DNA from: Eledone cirrhosa
Lineage: Eukaryota
Assembly (NCBI GenBank): GCA_964016885.1
Contig: OZ024741.1
Location: 291,958,001-292,022,000, forward strand
Direction of reading: 5' to 3'
Length of the DNA stretch: 64,000 bases
The notes under the pieces were generated by a model. It saw only the letters and a program-made list of their open reading frames with translations, had not been told where the DNA came from and searched no databases. This document shows positions 12,579 to 25,324 of this stretch, in pieces. The position numbers were made by a program, and so were the translations under genes. Numbering within the stretch: position 1 is the first letter of the stretch; each line of letters begins with the position of its first letter.

Positions 12579-12996
12579 TATATATATATATACATAAAGA
12601 GAGAAGGGGGTGAAGGCGAGAGAGAGGATGAGAGAGAGGGGGGAGAGGATGAGAGAGAGGGGGAGAGGAAGAGAGAGAGAGAGAAAGATGGTGAGGGAGA
12701 GAGAGAGAGTTGATGATATGAAAATCAGCAATGTTTTTATGTGTTTGTGTTACATTGTGAATATCAGTGGTCATTGACTCCAATCAAGGAGCTGCATAAT
12801 GGGAGCCTTCGATTTATCTACGTAATAAGGAAGCTAGAAAGACGGGCTGAATCTAGACAAGAGCTAATTCCCATTGCTATTACCAATTGTGATTTAACAG
12901 GGAAGTTCTAGATTATGTAGTTGTCAACATGGTATTTTGTCGATGTTGTGACTGATAACCACTCTTAGTGCATGAGATGACACTCACGAAAGTGAA

Positions 12997-13351
12997 AGGA
13001 CAACGATGGATTAAGATTTCATGTAATCACTGGCTTATCCTTATCTTGGGATTCACCTAAATATGATAGGACAACGATGGATTAAGATTGCATGTAATCA
13101 CTGGCTTATCCTTATCTTGGGATTCACCTAAATATGATAGGACAACGATGGATTAAGATTTCATGTAATCACTGGCTTATCCTTATCTTGGGATTCACCT
13201 AAATATGATAGGACAACGATGGATTAAGATTTCATGTAATCACTGGCTTATCCTTATCTTGGGATTCACCTAAATATGATAGGACAACGATGGATTAAGA
13301 TCGCATGTAATCACTGGCTTATCCTTATCTTGGGATTCACCTAAATATGAT
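12997..13351. repeat. 71-bp tandem repeat, 5 near-identical copies
   Basis: Units start at 12997, 13068, 13139, 13210 and 13281. Confidence 0.95.
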
Positions 13352-13603
13352 GTTATCTATGGGAGCAAGCAAATATGATTTGTGGCCCCTTACATGTCGT
13401 GAACTTTCACTGCCCCCCCCCCCCCCCTCACACACCGCCGACCATTATGAAAAGAACAGTAAAACCAACTAGTATGTTCCTACGAAAGAATCTTAGTATA
13501 TGTTGCTATGCTTTACTAACATAACTGGTGGATGTGTTTCATGCATTTGATACCAAACCACCTGAATCTGACCCTAGTTAAATGAGACAAAGCTGGTAAT
13601 AGT

Positions 13604-14074
<471 letters not shown>

Positions 14075-14737
14075 TGGATGTGTATATATGTATGTATGTA
14101 TGTATACACATATATGTGTGTGTACGTACATATATATATATGTATATATGTATATACATATATGTGTGTGTTTATGTATGTATATATATATATAAAAGAT
14201 GTTTTTAGTTAAAAAGACATTACTCGATATTTATTAATTTTTATTAATATGTTCGTGTAATTCATAGAACCAAGAGAAAATGCAACTCCTGTATCCCTAT
14301 TGAAGGTCCTACGTGACTAGCGACGGGGGCAAAAGGTGGAATAAGCATGATGAATGGCGTGACTGTAGATTTTAATCAAACAAAATGTTTTAAACGAAAA
14401 ACAAAATAAATCGCTTTGAAACTTAATTTTCCATCTAAAATTTCATATGGTGCAAAACATGATTTTAGACACGTTTACATTGGAATAAAATATATTGTTT
14501 GCAGTTGTTGTGTTTGATTTTCCCGTTTTTGCCGTTCTTATTGTGGTTGTTGTTGTATTTGTGGTTGTACTTGTTGCTGTTGTTGTAATTGTTGCTGTTG
14601 ATGTATTATATTATCTGTTGTTCATTTCGAGGTGGTGCCTGATCAATGATCAAACCTGTTGCAGTCATGTCAATACCCTCTTTAATTCTCGTATAGTTTA
14701 TCGAGTACTACATTATCAGATTCGGTTACATTATCTG

Positions 14738-14875
14738 AGAGTTACGCCCCTTTATGGTCTGAGTTCAAATCCCGCCGAGGTTAACTTTGCCTTTCATCCT
14801 TACGGGGTCGATAAAAAATAAAGTACCAGTAATGCACTGGGTAATTGCTGGCCCTGTGCCAATAGTAGAAACAAT
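14738..14875 (+). mobile_element. SINE family A (short form, 5'-truncated)
   Basis: GAGTTCAAATCCCGCCGAGGTTAACTTTGCCTTTCATCCTTACGGGGTCGATAAA...AGTACCAGT. Confidence 0.85.
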
Positions 14876-14879
14876 TATA

Positions 14880-15990
14880 TGATATACGATAATACACCAA
14901 GGACTTCATTATCAGATATATTGTATATAGGACGGCATTATCAAACAAAGTGTATCGAAGACTACCTTATCAGATATCGAACACCTCATTATTGGATATA
15001 TTGTATCAAAGACCTTATTATCAGATATAGTATATCTAACATTTTTTTCTAGAATTGGTTGCGGGCTTCCTGTATTTGGGAGCAAAGATTGGGAATACGG
15101 AAGATGATGTGGTTGAAAGGAAGAACAAAGCTTGGGCGGCGTGCCACAGCTTGAGATCGGTGTGGAAGTCGGACCTTTGTAAAAACCTGAAAAATTCGCC
15201 TCTTCATTGATGTAGTGGAGTCTGTGCTGCTCTACGGGTCTGAGACTTGGACACTGACCAAGAAACTCACTCAGATAGTGAATGGGTGCTACACGAGAAT
15301 GCTGAGGATGGCTCTGAACATTAATCAGTATACACTGAGGATGAAAATGTCAGCCTAAAAGTGACACAGAGGAGACTGTGGTTAGCTGGACATGCTCACC
15401 GACATCCAGAGTTGACATTGCACTCAGTGCTCTTGTGGGATCCCCTACATGGACACACTGGAAGAGGAAGTCCATGTTGATGCCCTAAGGACAGATACTG
15501 GTCTGTTGGAGACGAAGGACATGGCAGCGATAATGAGGGACAGAGACCGCTGGAGAGAACTCGTCCATGGACTCGGGAATTTTACCCGCCCTAGATATCT
15601 AACATGACACTATCACATATGAGTATCAAGGACTACATTATCAGATATGGTGCATCTAAGACCTGATTATCAGATATAGTGTATCTAGGACGACATCATC
15701 ATATATAGTGTATCAAGGACTACATTATCAGATATAATGTATCTAAGACCTGATTAACAGATATAGTGGAACTAGGAATACATTATCAGATATAGTGTAT
15801 CTAGGGCGGCATTATCAGATATAGTGTATCTATGACTAAATTGTCAAATATAGTGTATCAAGGACTACATTGCATTATATAATGTAAGTAAGACTACATA
15901 ATTATATATTTTATCAGGGACTACATTATTAAATATTTGTATCTAATGCTACATTAACAAATATAATGTATCTATGAATACATTACACGA
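14880..15990. repeat. Degenerate ~30-bp tandem repeat (GACTACATTATCAGATATAGTGTATCTA), split by an RTE-X insertion
   Basis: Repeat units lie on both sides of 15043-15594. Confidence 0.75.
15043..15594 (+). mobile_element. RTE-X-like LINE 3' fragment with 11-bp TSD
   Basis: VESVLLYGSETWTLTKKL..GCYTRMLRMALNI..RRLWLAGHAHRHPELTLHSVLLWDPLHG. TSD ATATCTAACAT at 15032-15042 and 15595-15605. Confidence 0.85.
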
Positions 15991-16277
15991 AATATCATTT
16001 TATGTTATATAATATATTACATAATATATTATGTTAATGTATTTTAAATTTTATCTACTTTGTTTATTTAATCCGGAAAAATAAAACAAAAAATGTGCCT
16101 GGGTGTGATTTGAACTCATAAATGTAAAAACACATGACCTAATAACTTCACAACCTATCTGATGCGACGCTCAACCGATCCTCCCATTAACTACCCATAT
16201 TGCAAACACCTTTATTTATATCAGCATTAAATATGAAAATATGTTGTAAAACACGCACAAACGCACACAAACACACA

Positions 16278-16323
<46 letters not shown>

Positions 16324-16351
16324 TTGTAAAACACACACACACATGAGCGCA

Positions 16352-16388
<37 letters not shown>

Positions 16389-16497
16389 ACCCTCTTCCTT
16401 TCTATATATATATTCGTATTTATATATATATATATTTATATATTCATGCATCAACGAATGTTTTCATATACTTATATACGTATGTATGTATGTATGA

Positions 16498-16530
<33 letters not shown>

Positions 16531-16544
16531 TGTATGCATGTATG

Positions 16545-17150
16545 TCAGGTCACCAGTTGGTGCTGCTGGTAACATATATCCCAGTACAACCTGTCTCATG
16601 GTCGGGTCCTTGGCGACTAAACTGGCAACCCCAACAAGGTTTCTTGGTGAGGAGGGTGACTTTGGACATCCTGCAGGACTAAAAACAAAACCTGTCAAAG
16701 GGCAAAGGACCTCTTAAGTGTCAATGGCCATCCAAAATCACGGGGAGAGATGACCCCTTAGCCTTTGTCAAGGCAGAATTCTAGGAGAAGGAAAACTCTG
16801 ATATAACACCTGCAACCCTGATGGTATCCAATGATGTTGACTTGTTCTTCTTTTTGGTAAATATCATCTTGGTTAAGAGAGTGGGACTGGCTTTGTGCAG
16901 TGCCTTTGCTCACTATAAAAGCTTCACGGCACAGGCATTGCTTTATATCTGGAGATCTCTCTGCACTTGTCATCACGTGGTACCATGGGCCCAGCACTAT
17001 GTGTCAATAATTGTCACAAGTGTAGTGTTTGTACCAGAGTGTTCAAGTTGCTGGCTGGACTAAAAAGTCACACTAGTTCAGCGCATCGGTAGGAGTTCTC
17101 CTACATGGATATAAAGTAGTGGCTGTACTCGAAAACGAGTTGGCAGCCAC
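16545..17150 (+). mobile_element. Non-autonomous RTE-derived element, copy A (5'UTR-like head plus C2H2-like 3' end)
   Basis: RTE-type 5'UTR motif CTAGGAGAAGGAAAACTCTGAT. The 3' part encodes HKCSVCTRVFKLLAGLKSHTSSAHR* (17015-17092). It ends CTCGAAAACGAG..GCAGCC followed by a microsatellite tail. Confidence 0.7.
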
Positions 17151-17151
17151 G

Positions 17152-17185
<34 letters not shown>

Positions 17186-17255
17186 ATATGTATATGTGTA
17201 TATGTATATGTATGTATATAAATGGGTATATATGTATGTATGTGTATATGTACTT

Positions 17256-17662
17256 GGAGAGATGACCCCTTAGCCTTTGTCAAGGCAGAATTCTAGGAGA
17301 AGGAAAACTCTGATATAACACCTGCAACCCTGATGGTATCCAATGATGTTGACTTATTCTTCTTTTTGGTAAATATCATCTTGGTTAAGAGAGTGGGACT
17401 GGCTTTGTGCAGTGCCATTGCTCACTATAAAAGCTTCACGGCACAGGCATTGCTTTATATCCGGAGATCTCTCTGCACTTGTCATCACATGGTACCATGG
17501 GCCCAGCACTATGTGTCAGTTATTGTCACAAGTATAGTGTTTGTACCAGAGTTTTCAAGTCGCTGGCTGGACTAAAAAGTCACACTCGTTCAGCGCATCG
17601 GTAGCGGTTCTCCTACATGGATATAAAATAGTGGACGTACTCGAAAACGAGTTGGCAGCCAC
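17256..17662 (+). mobile_element. Non-autonomous RTE-derived element, copy B (5'-truncated)
   Basis: Near-identical to the 3' 400 bp of copies A and C; (TATG)n tail. Confidence 0.7.
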
Positions 17663-17663
17663 C

Positions 17664-17694
<31 letters not shown>

Positions 17695-17695
<1 letters not shown>

Positions 17696-18300
17696 CAGGT
17701 CACCAGTTGGTGCTACTGGTAACATATATCCCAGTACAACCTGTCTCATGGTCGGGTCGTTGGCGACTAAACTGGCAACCCCACCAAGGTTTCTTGGTGA
17801 GGAGGGTGACTTTGGACATCCTGCAGGACTAAAAACAAAACCTGTCAAAGGGCATAGGAGCTCTTAAGAGTTAATGGCCATCCAAAATCACCGGGAGAGA
17901 TGACCCCTTAGCCTTTGTCAAGGCAGAGTTCTAGGAGAAGGAAAACTCTGATATAACACCTGCAACCCTGATGGTATCCAATGATGTTGACTTGTTCTTC
18001 TTTTTGGTAAATATCATCTTGGTTAAGAGAGTGGGACTGGCTTTGTGCAGTGCCTTTGCTCACTATAAAAGCTTCACGGCACAGGCATTGCTTTATATCT
18101 GGAGATCTCTCTGCACTTGTCATCACATGGTACCATGGGCCCAGCACTATGTGTCAGTATTTGTCACAAGTGTAGTGTTTGTACCAGAGTTTTCAAGTCG
18201 CTGGCTGGACTAAAAAGTCACACACGTTCATCGAATCGGTAGGGGTTCTCCTACGTGGATATAAAGTAGTGGCCGTACTCGAAAACGAGTTGTCAGCCAC
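17695..18300 (+). mobile_element. Non-autonomous RTE-derived element, copy C
   Basis: Direct repeat of 16545-17150 (offset 1150) with a few substitutions; (TATG)n on both sides. Confidence 0.7.
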
Positions 18301-18456
18301 TATGTATGTATGTATGTATGTATGTATGTATGTATGTATGTATGTATGTATGTATGTATGTATGTGTGTTTGTGTATGTATGTATATATGTATGTATATA
18401 TGTATATGTGTATGTATGTTTGTATACATGTACATATGTATATATGTATTTATATA

Positions 18457-18492
<36 letters not shown>

Positions 18493-18885
18493 TGTATATA
18501 TATATATATATGTGTGTGTATGTATGTATATATATGTATGTATGTATCTATGTATGTATGTATTTATGTATGTCTGTCTATATTCTACAACACTACTTGG
18601 AAACTGAGGAGGCGTCTATTAAAATTCTTCAGTATTTCGAGAAACAGGTAAAATCTAAAAATAACTTTGGCAAATCCCCAGAGGAAATATATCAAAAATT
18701 CTTAAAATGTAAAATACATTTTCTGAAAGATAATATACTTCTACTAGTCTCATCTGACCAAGAGCAATGATGAAGAGGCAAGCGTCATTGCCCTCCTGAA
18801 GAATTTCTAGGAGTCTCTGTGGCACCGAAGAAACGAGACATACCAGGGAGATCTTCTTATACAAAGACAGTAAAAATAACTCTCC

Positions 18886-18922
18886 ATTTCCTGAAGAAGG
18901 ACATATGTCCGAAATGTCAAAC
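18886..18922 (+). ncRNA. Minimal hammerhead ribozyme-like motif (degenerate)
   Basis: TTTC-CTGAAGA-A-GGAC-ATAT-GTCC-GAAAT-GTC-AAA. This is a GAAACGTC-type motif with apparent CpG decay and a weak stem I. Confidence 0.55.
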
Positions 18923-19236
18923 TATCTGCTACATTTCCCTACATTTTCCATCTCTGTGTTTGGTTTGTCATTTCTTGAACGATATAAGTCAAAATCAACG
19001 TGGTAGGATGTATAGGATGTCTTAAGACCGTATGTACACATCTCAAAGATTCACAACGCTGGAAGGCAAAACTTTATATTGGAACATATTTTGACTGGTT
19101 CCATTTCATTTAACGTCTATATTTTCAACTAATTATGACAAGGGGAAAAATTCTTTATTTACATTTTTAGCTATATTTCATAAAATATCTGAAGTTTAGC
19201 AAAACAATATATATTTTAAAAAAGCCGGCCTATTAC

Positions 19237-19720
<484 letters not shown>

Positions 19721-19887
19721 AAGCTTCAACGCTGCCGATGAGTATGTTAAATATATCATTATTTGAATGTTTGTATATTTTAATCTATCTTTATATATTT
19801 GTCTATTAAATGTCTTTACTGCATTGATGCTTAGTTTGTGCTTGATTTGGCATTAACTGCAGGCGGCACTGGGGTTCGATGCCTTAG

Positions 19888-19934
<47 letters not shown>

Positions 19935-20624
19935 TCACAGAGTTATTCATTGCTATAGGCAATCGTGTACACATGAACGGAAAAGGACACAACCTCACCC
20001 ATCGGAATATAGCTAGAGAAATGTATACGCAAATAAGTACACTGATAGTAATATATATATACATACATGGGTATATAAGCTCAGATATATGCACACAGTT
20101 AGTCAATGGCAGAATTGATATCCTTCGAAAATAACTCCTCACATGATGCGCAGAAGTCACAATCTTACGCCTTCCAGGCAACATATTTAGCAGGCATACA
20201 TACATATACATATGTGTACCACTCTCTATATGCATGTATGTATATATACTCACACACATATATATATATATATTTACATTCATATGTTTATACGTATGGA
20301 TAGATTTATAAAATTATACACACACACAAATACACATACACACATATATATATATATATTTACATTCATATGTTTATACGTATGGATAGATTTATAAAAT
20401 TATACACACACACACACATACACATATATATATATATATATAGATATATATAGAGAGAGAGAAAAAGGAGGTAGATAGATAGATGGTTGTGTGTACTTGT
20501 AGAAAGTTGTAAAAGAAATGAGTATCTACCTATGTATGTATCTATGTATCTATCTAGCGATTGATTTTATATCTATCTATTTATGTTCTACCTATCTATA
20601 GACCTATCTATATTTAACTATGCA

Positions 20625-20725
<101 letters not shown>

Positions 20726-21134
20726 TTACCCAGCTACCTATATTTAGTACGATGTTACTAAATACAACAGCCCTACTGTTAGACCACATACCATAATACG
20801 GAAAGCAGCTGATACAGGTGTGAATGAGAGGTGCCAAACTGCCACCTTTGTTCCAATTATTCTAAGCCACGGGGGTTCTATTCTGAATCTGCTGTTGTAT
20901 TATACATCCGATCGCTTCTTTCATATCGCCGAAATATTCATTCAAATTACAATTTCTTTGATTCCTCAATGTTTGTTTCTGTTTTAGGGGATTTTCGTTC
21001 TTTGCTTCTTCTTTTTACTGCACTTAGTGAATATTAATGGTATTGACAGCAAGTAGATGTAAAAATATATGCTAACACACGCATTTATCTGTATATGTAT
21101 GTATGTATGTATTTATGCACGTATCTATGCACGC

Positions 21135-21270
<136 letters not shown>

Positions 21271-21331
21271 TCATGCAAACACAAACACAAACACCCCTCC
21301 CCTCCACACACACACAGACACAGACACACAG

Positions 21332-21376
<45 letters not shown>

Positions 21377-21381
<5 letters not shown>

Positions 21382-21481
21382 GGTGTGCCCCAGAAAATGT
21401 ATACATACTTCAACAGAATTCTAATAAATATTGCATGGACAGGTAATTAAAGTGTGTATACATTTTTGGGAACAACATATA
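21377..21481. mobile_element. Tc1/mariner-type MITE (~105 bp)
   Basis: TA-CATGGTGTGCCCCAGAAAATGTATACATACTT ... AAGTGTGTATACATTTTTGGGAACAACATA-TA imperfect TIRs. Confidence 0.55.
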
Positions 21482-21959
21482 GTTGAAAATGAACGAACAA
21501 AACACAGGAAGAAATTGTACACAGATACATATATTTATATATAAAATTATACACATGCATAAATATTTTGACAGATGAGATATGTATGAACGTTGAATTA
21601 TAATTAGGAAAAAAACAATTATTTGCTTAGGTTGCTAAACCATTATATAGAAATGTGATGAGTTTTGCAGACTGGAATTGTTTTTTACACTTTTCTGAAG
21701 TACAACCTTCGAGTTGGTATTATATTTATATTCCATTCATCATCAGCTGGCAGGTGTATGAATTGAAGACACAAGTTTTCATTGCAAGAAACGTGTGATA
21801 TTTATATATGCATATGTATGTATGTTTATATGTATGTATGTATGTTTATATGTATGTATGTATATATGTATGTATGTATGTTTATATGTATGTATGTATG
21901 TATGTGTTCATGTATGTCTGCATGTATACAGGCATCTGTATAACTGTATACACTCATTC

Positions 21960-21993
<34 letters not shown>

Positions 21994-22033
21994 ATTTAGC
22001 GTTTTGCGTATATATGTATATACATATATATTA

Positions 22034-22094
<61 letters not shown>

Positions 22095-22260
22095 AATTAG
22101 TATATCTAGTAACATATATATATGCAGATGCATACTTATGCTAGCAAATATATAGGTTTTGTCTTAGTAACCTTGTGGTTCAATGCATGGGGTTGCAGAA
22201 CAATAATATGAGAGACGTAAAATAAGAACATTATAAAATTAACTTATTTACTAAAATTTT

Positions 22261-22343
22261 ACTCCCAACTAATTAGTTTCTGAAAGGGAATAAACATACT
22301 TTCCGAAGAAGTGTACAGAGAAGCCTTTCGTCATCAGGGAAGT
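22261..22343 (-). ncRNA. Type-I hammerhead ribozyme with extended stem II (copy 1)
   Basis: ACTTCC-CTGATGA-C-GAAAGG...TT-CTTCGG-AA...CCTTTC-A-GAAAC-TAATTA-GTT-GGGAGT. Stem I is ACTTCC/GGGAGT, stem III is the palindrome ACTAATTAGT, and the triplet is GUU. Confidence 0.8.
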
Positions 22344-22783
22344 CTATTTTCAGCTAAGTTTCCAGGCAATACGTGGACACAGGGAACTTATACAAAAATG
22401 ATTCAGTGGATGGAAAAAAGCAAAGCGTAGATTAAATTCCTAGCCATTGAGAAAATCACTGCCTACTGCGTCGGTGGCAAATTCAAAAGAATCAATCACG
22501 TGACATCGAGGTCAATCAGTGGAAAGTGGTTTGTTAAGAAGACAGCAGCCTGACTGTTACTATAGCAGCAGTTTTGGCTAATTTTTGCTCGACAAATAAT
22601 TTGGAGATAAGTATAAAGAATTAGTATATCTAGTAACATATATATACACAGATGCATACTTATGCTAGCAAATATATAGGTTTTGTCTTAGTAACTTTGC
22701 GGTTCAATGCATGGGTTGCAGAACAATAATATGAGAGACGTAAAATAAGAAAATTATAAAATTAACTTACTTACTAAAATTTC

Positions 22784-22866
22784 ACTCCCAACTAATTAGT
22801 TTCTGAAAGGGAATAAACATACTTTCCGAAGAAGTGTACTGAGAAGCCTTTCGTCATCAGGGAAGT
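22784..22866 (-). ncRNA. Type-I hammerhead ribozyme with extended stem II (copy 2)
   Basis: Same as copy 1, 523 bp away, with one substitution in the stem II extension. Confidence 0.8.
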
Positions 22867-23047
22867 CTATTCTCAGCTAAGTTTCCAGGCAATACGTGGA
22901 CACAGGGAACTTATACAAAATAATTCAGTGGATGGAAAAAAGCAAAGCGTGGACTAAATTCCTAGCCATTGAGAAAATCACTGCCTACTGCGTCGGTGGC
23001 AAATTCAAAAGAATCAATCACGTTACATCATATATATATATATATAT

Positions 23048-23230
23048 AACGAAGGGGGTGTGGTAAGGAACCAGATGGACCATAACGCACCAGAGTACTC
23101 AATAATTAGGGTAGTAGAGTGAGTAATAGGAAAATGTTTAACCCCGACGGCAGAGCTCAAGCCGTTTCGAAGTCCAGAAATAGCCGTCGAACGGCTTGAG
23201 CTCTGCCGTCGGGGTTAAACATTTTCCTAT
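23048..23230 (-). mobile_element. PLE-like 3' end with the 3' half of an HHR and a 40-bp inverted duplication; second 3' stub at 28695-28762
   Basis: Minus strand reads GAAAC-GGC-TTGAGCTCT-GCC-GTC-GGGGTT. The inverted repeat is 23127-23170/23188-23230. AACGAAGG..TGTGGTAAGGAACCAGATGGACC.TAACGCACCAGAGTACTCAATA recurs at 28695. Confidence 0.6.
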
Positions 23231-24025
23231 ATATATATGTATGTATATATATATATATATATATACCGTCTATATATTATTTATTTATGTCCATACATGA
23301 ACAAATGCATGATATATATATATATGTGTGTGTGCGTGTATGTGTGTGTGTCTATGTGCGTGTATATGTATGTATATACATGCGTAGTATATATTTCGTT
23401 TTGTCATAATTTGTTTCATTATTGTCAAATTTACAGATGTTTTACAATTTGTGTAACACGAAATTCCCTTTAGATTTTCCTCACCCTCCCCTTTATTCTT
23501 TTTTTCAGTGTCCTTTTCCGGTTCATATCAATTGTCATTTGTTCAAGTTAACACAATTCTCCTTCAGTCATTTTTTTGTTTTTTACACTACAATATAAAG
23601 TCTTACTGCTGGCGAAGAATGGGTTGGATAGGCCGCAAAATTTGAGTTCAAAAGGAAAATATCTCGTCTAACCCTCTAACAATTTTGGCAGTCTATATCT
23701 CCTGGACTGGTATTGATCTCGAAATAATAAATTTATTAATTAATTGATCCGAATCGACTAGATCTCACATCTCATTCGCTTCCCGAGTGAGGTGAAGCTC
23801 CTTACCGGTTGTAAAATGTAATGTTAATTCGGCAGGATTTGAACTCAGTGTACAGAGAGCCGCAATAAATATCAAAAAGCATTTATTCCGATGTAGTTTG
23901 TCTCATTCAAATTTGCAATATAGTTTATATATCATCAGTTATTGCCTGGCTTTAGTTTATAGTCTACGTCAGGTATAATGTCTTTCAGTGCTCTTTCGCA
24001 CTCCTATTCTGATGCCAACTTTAAG

Positions 24026-24245
24026 GGAGGTGGATTGGCGGTATCGGTAGAGGGTCGGATGCCATGCTTTGCAGCATAGAGTTACGGCCCTTTAAGTTCT
24101 AAGTTCAAATGCTGTAGAGGTTGGCTTTGCCTTTCATCCTAACGGGGTCGATAAAATAAGATATCAGTCACGCACTGGGGTCGATTTAATCGACTTCCCC
24201 TTCCCCAAAATTGCTGGCCTTGCGCCTATATAAGAAACCATTATT
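24026..24245 (+). mobile_element. SINE family A (long form)
   Basis: TGGCGGTATCGG A-box, AAGTTCAAAT B-box and the central GCCTTTCATCC motif. Confidence 0.85.
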
Positions 24246-24302
24246 GCTGTTGTAGTTGTTTCTGTTTGGGTAATTTTTATTGTTGTTATTTTTAATAATT
24301 AT

Positions 24303-24487
24303 TTCTATATTTGGCACAAGGGCAGCAATTATCCCAGTGCATTACTGGTACTTCATTTTATCGACCCCGTAAGGATGAAAGGCAAAGTTAACCTCGGTAG
24401 GATTTGAACTCAGACCGTAAAGGGCCGTAACTCTATGCTGCAAAGCATGGCGTCCGACCCTTTACTGATACTGCCAATCCACCGCCC
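24303..24487 (-). mobile_element. SINE family A (short form), inverted relative to the adjacent copy
   Basis: Reverse complement of the SINE A consensus. Confidence 0.85.
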
Positions 24488-25324
24488 GTTGCTATTTTTA
24501 ATAATGTTATTGTTTATGTTGTTGTTGTTGCTGTAACTGTTGTTATCTTTTGCTGTGTGTACTTTCGTTTTTGTCTTTGTTGGATCTTTTGTTGCTGTTA
24601 TGGTTGTATTCCTTGTGGTGGAGCAGTCGGTCTATTTGGCTGTGCTCCCTCTTATGGTGATTTAAGTCGGTGACGTTCACGATGGCAGGCCTTGGTAGTT
24701 GAAGAAAATCAAGTTCATACATATCTCCTGCTGTACGAGACCTCTGGTTTGGGTTGTTGTCTTTATTGTTGCCTTTGTTATAGTTAGTACTATTATTGTT
24801 GTTAGTGCTGCTGCTGTTGTTGTTATTATTATTATTATTTGTTTCTGCTGTTGGCGGTGTCTGTAATGGAGGTGGTGACAATGGTAATGTTGCTGGAGAA
24901 TTGCTGTTCTGATTTTCAAACAACCCGCTGTTTGAATCCGGAGGATGAATTTCATCCCCTGCCATCTTATTTTGAAAATAAATGGGGCGCGTGTTTGGAA
25001 ATGAAACTCAGGTTTAGACCCTAAGGGCTACAAAACTAACCAGCTAACGAAAGTGCTGGATGGTTTTAACTATAAAGCAATACAAAATGTTCAACAAAAT
25101 AGTTTGGATAACAATGGAATAGAAACAAATTTACGAGAGCGATCTACAATACGTGTCGATAAATGAACGATCAACAACAACAACAACAACAACAACCACA
25201 TCAGTAACAACAATAATAGTAATGATAAAATGGTGTAGTTGATATTGGCGTTATTGTTGTGCCTGCTGGTAATAACGTCGTTTCTGATTTATTGTAATTG
25301 TTAATGTTCCCTATTGCTGCTGTT

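Larger units (their letters stand above)
22088..23029 (-). mobile_element. Retrozyme/PLE-pLTR-like tandem: ~1.8 copies of a ~523-bp non-coding unit, each with an HHR, flanked by (TA)n
   Basis: 22088-22507 is repeated at 22612-23029 with few differences. HHRs lie at 22261-22343 and 22784-22866. The ORF track shows no ORF in the unit. Confidence 0.75.

Noticed and set aside
12997-13351. CRISPR-like regular repeats
   Set aside because: Pure tandem units with no unique spacers, no cas genes, and a eukaryotic context.
18604-18655. CTGAGGA...GAAACAGGTA as an HHR
   Set aside because: No stem I complementarity and no coherent stem II.
19845-19890. GGGGTTCGATGCC B-box-like sequence as a tRNA gene
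   Set aside because: No cloverleaf can be formed; at most a SINE head fragment.
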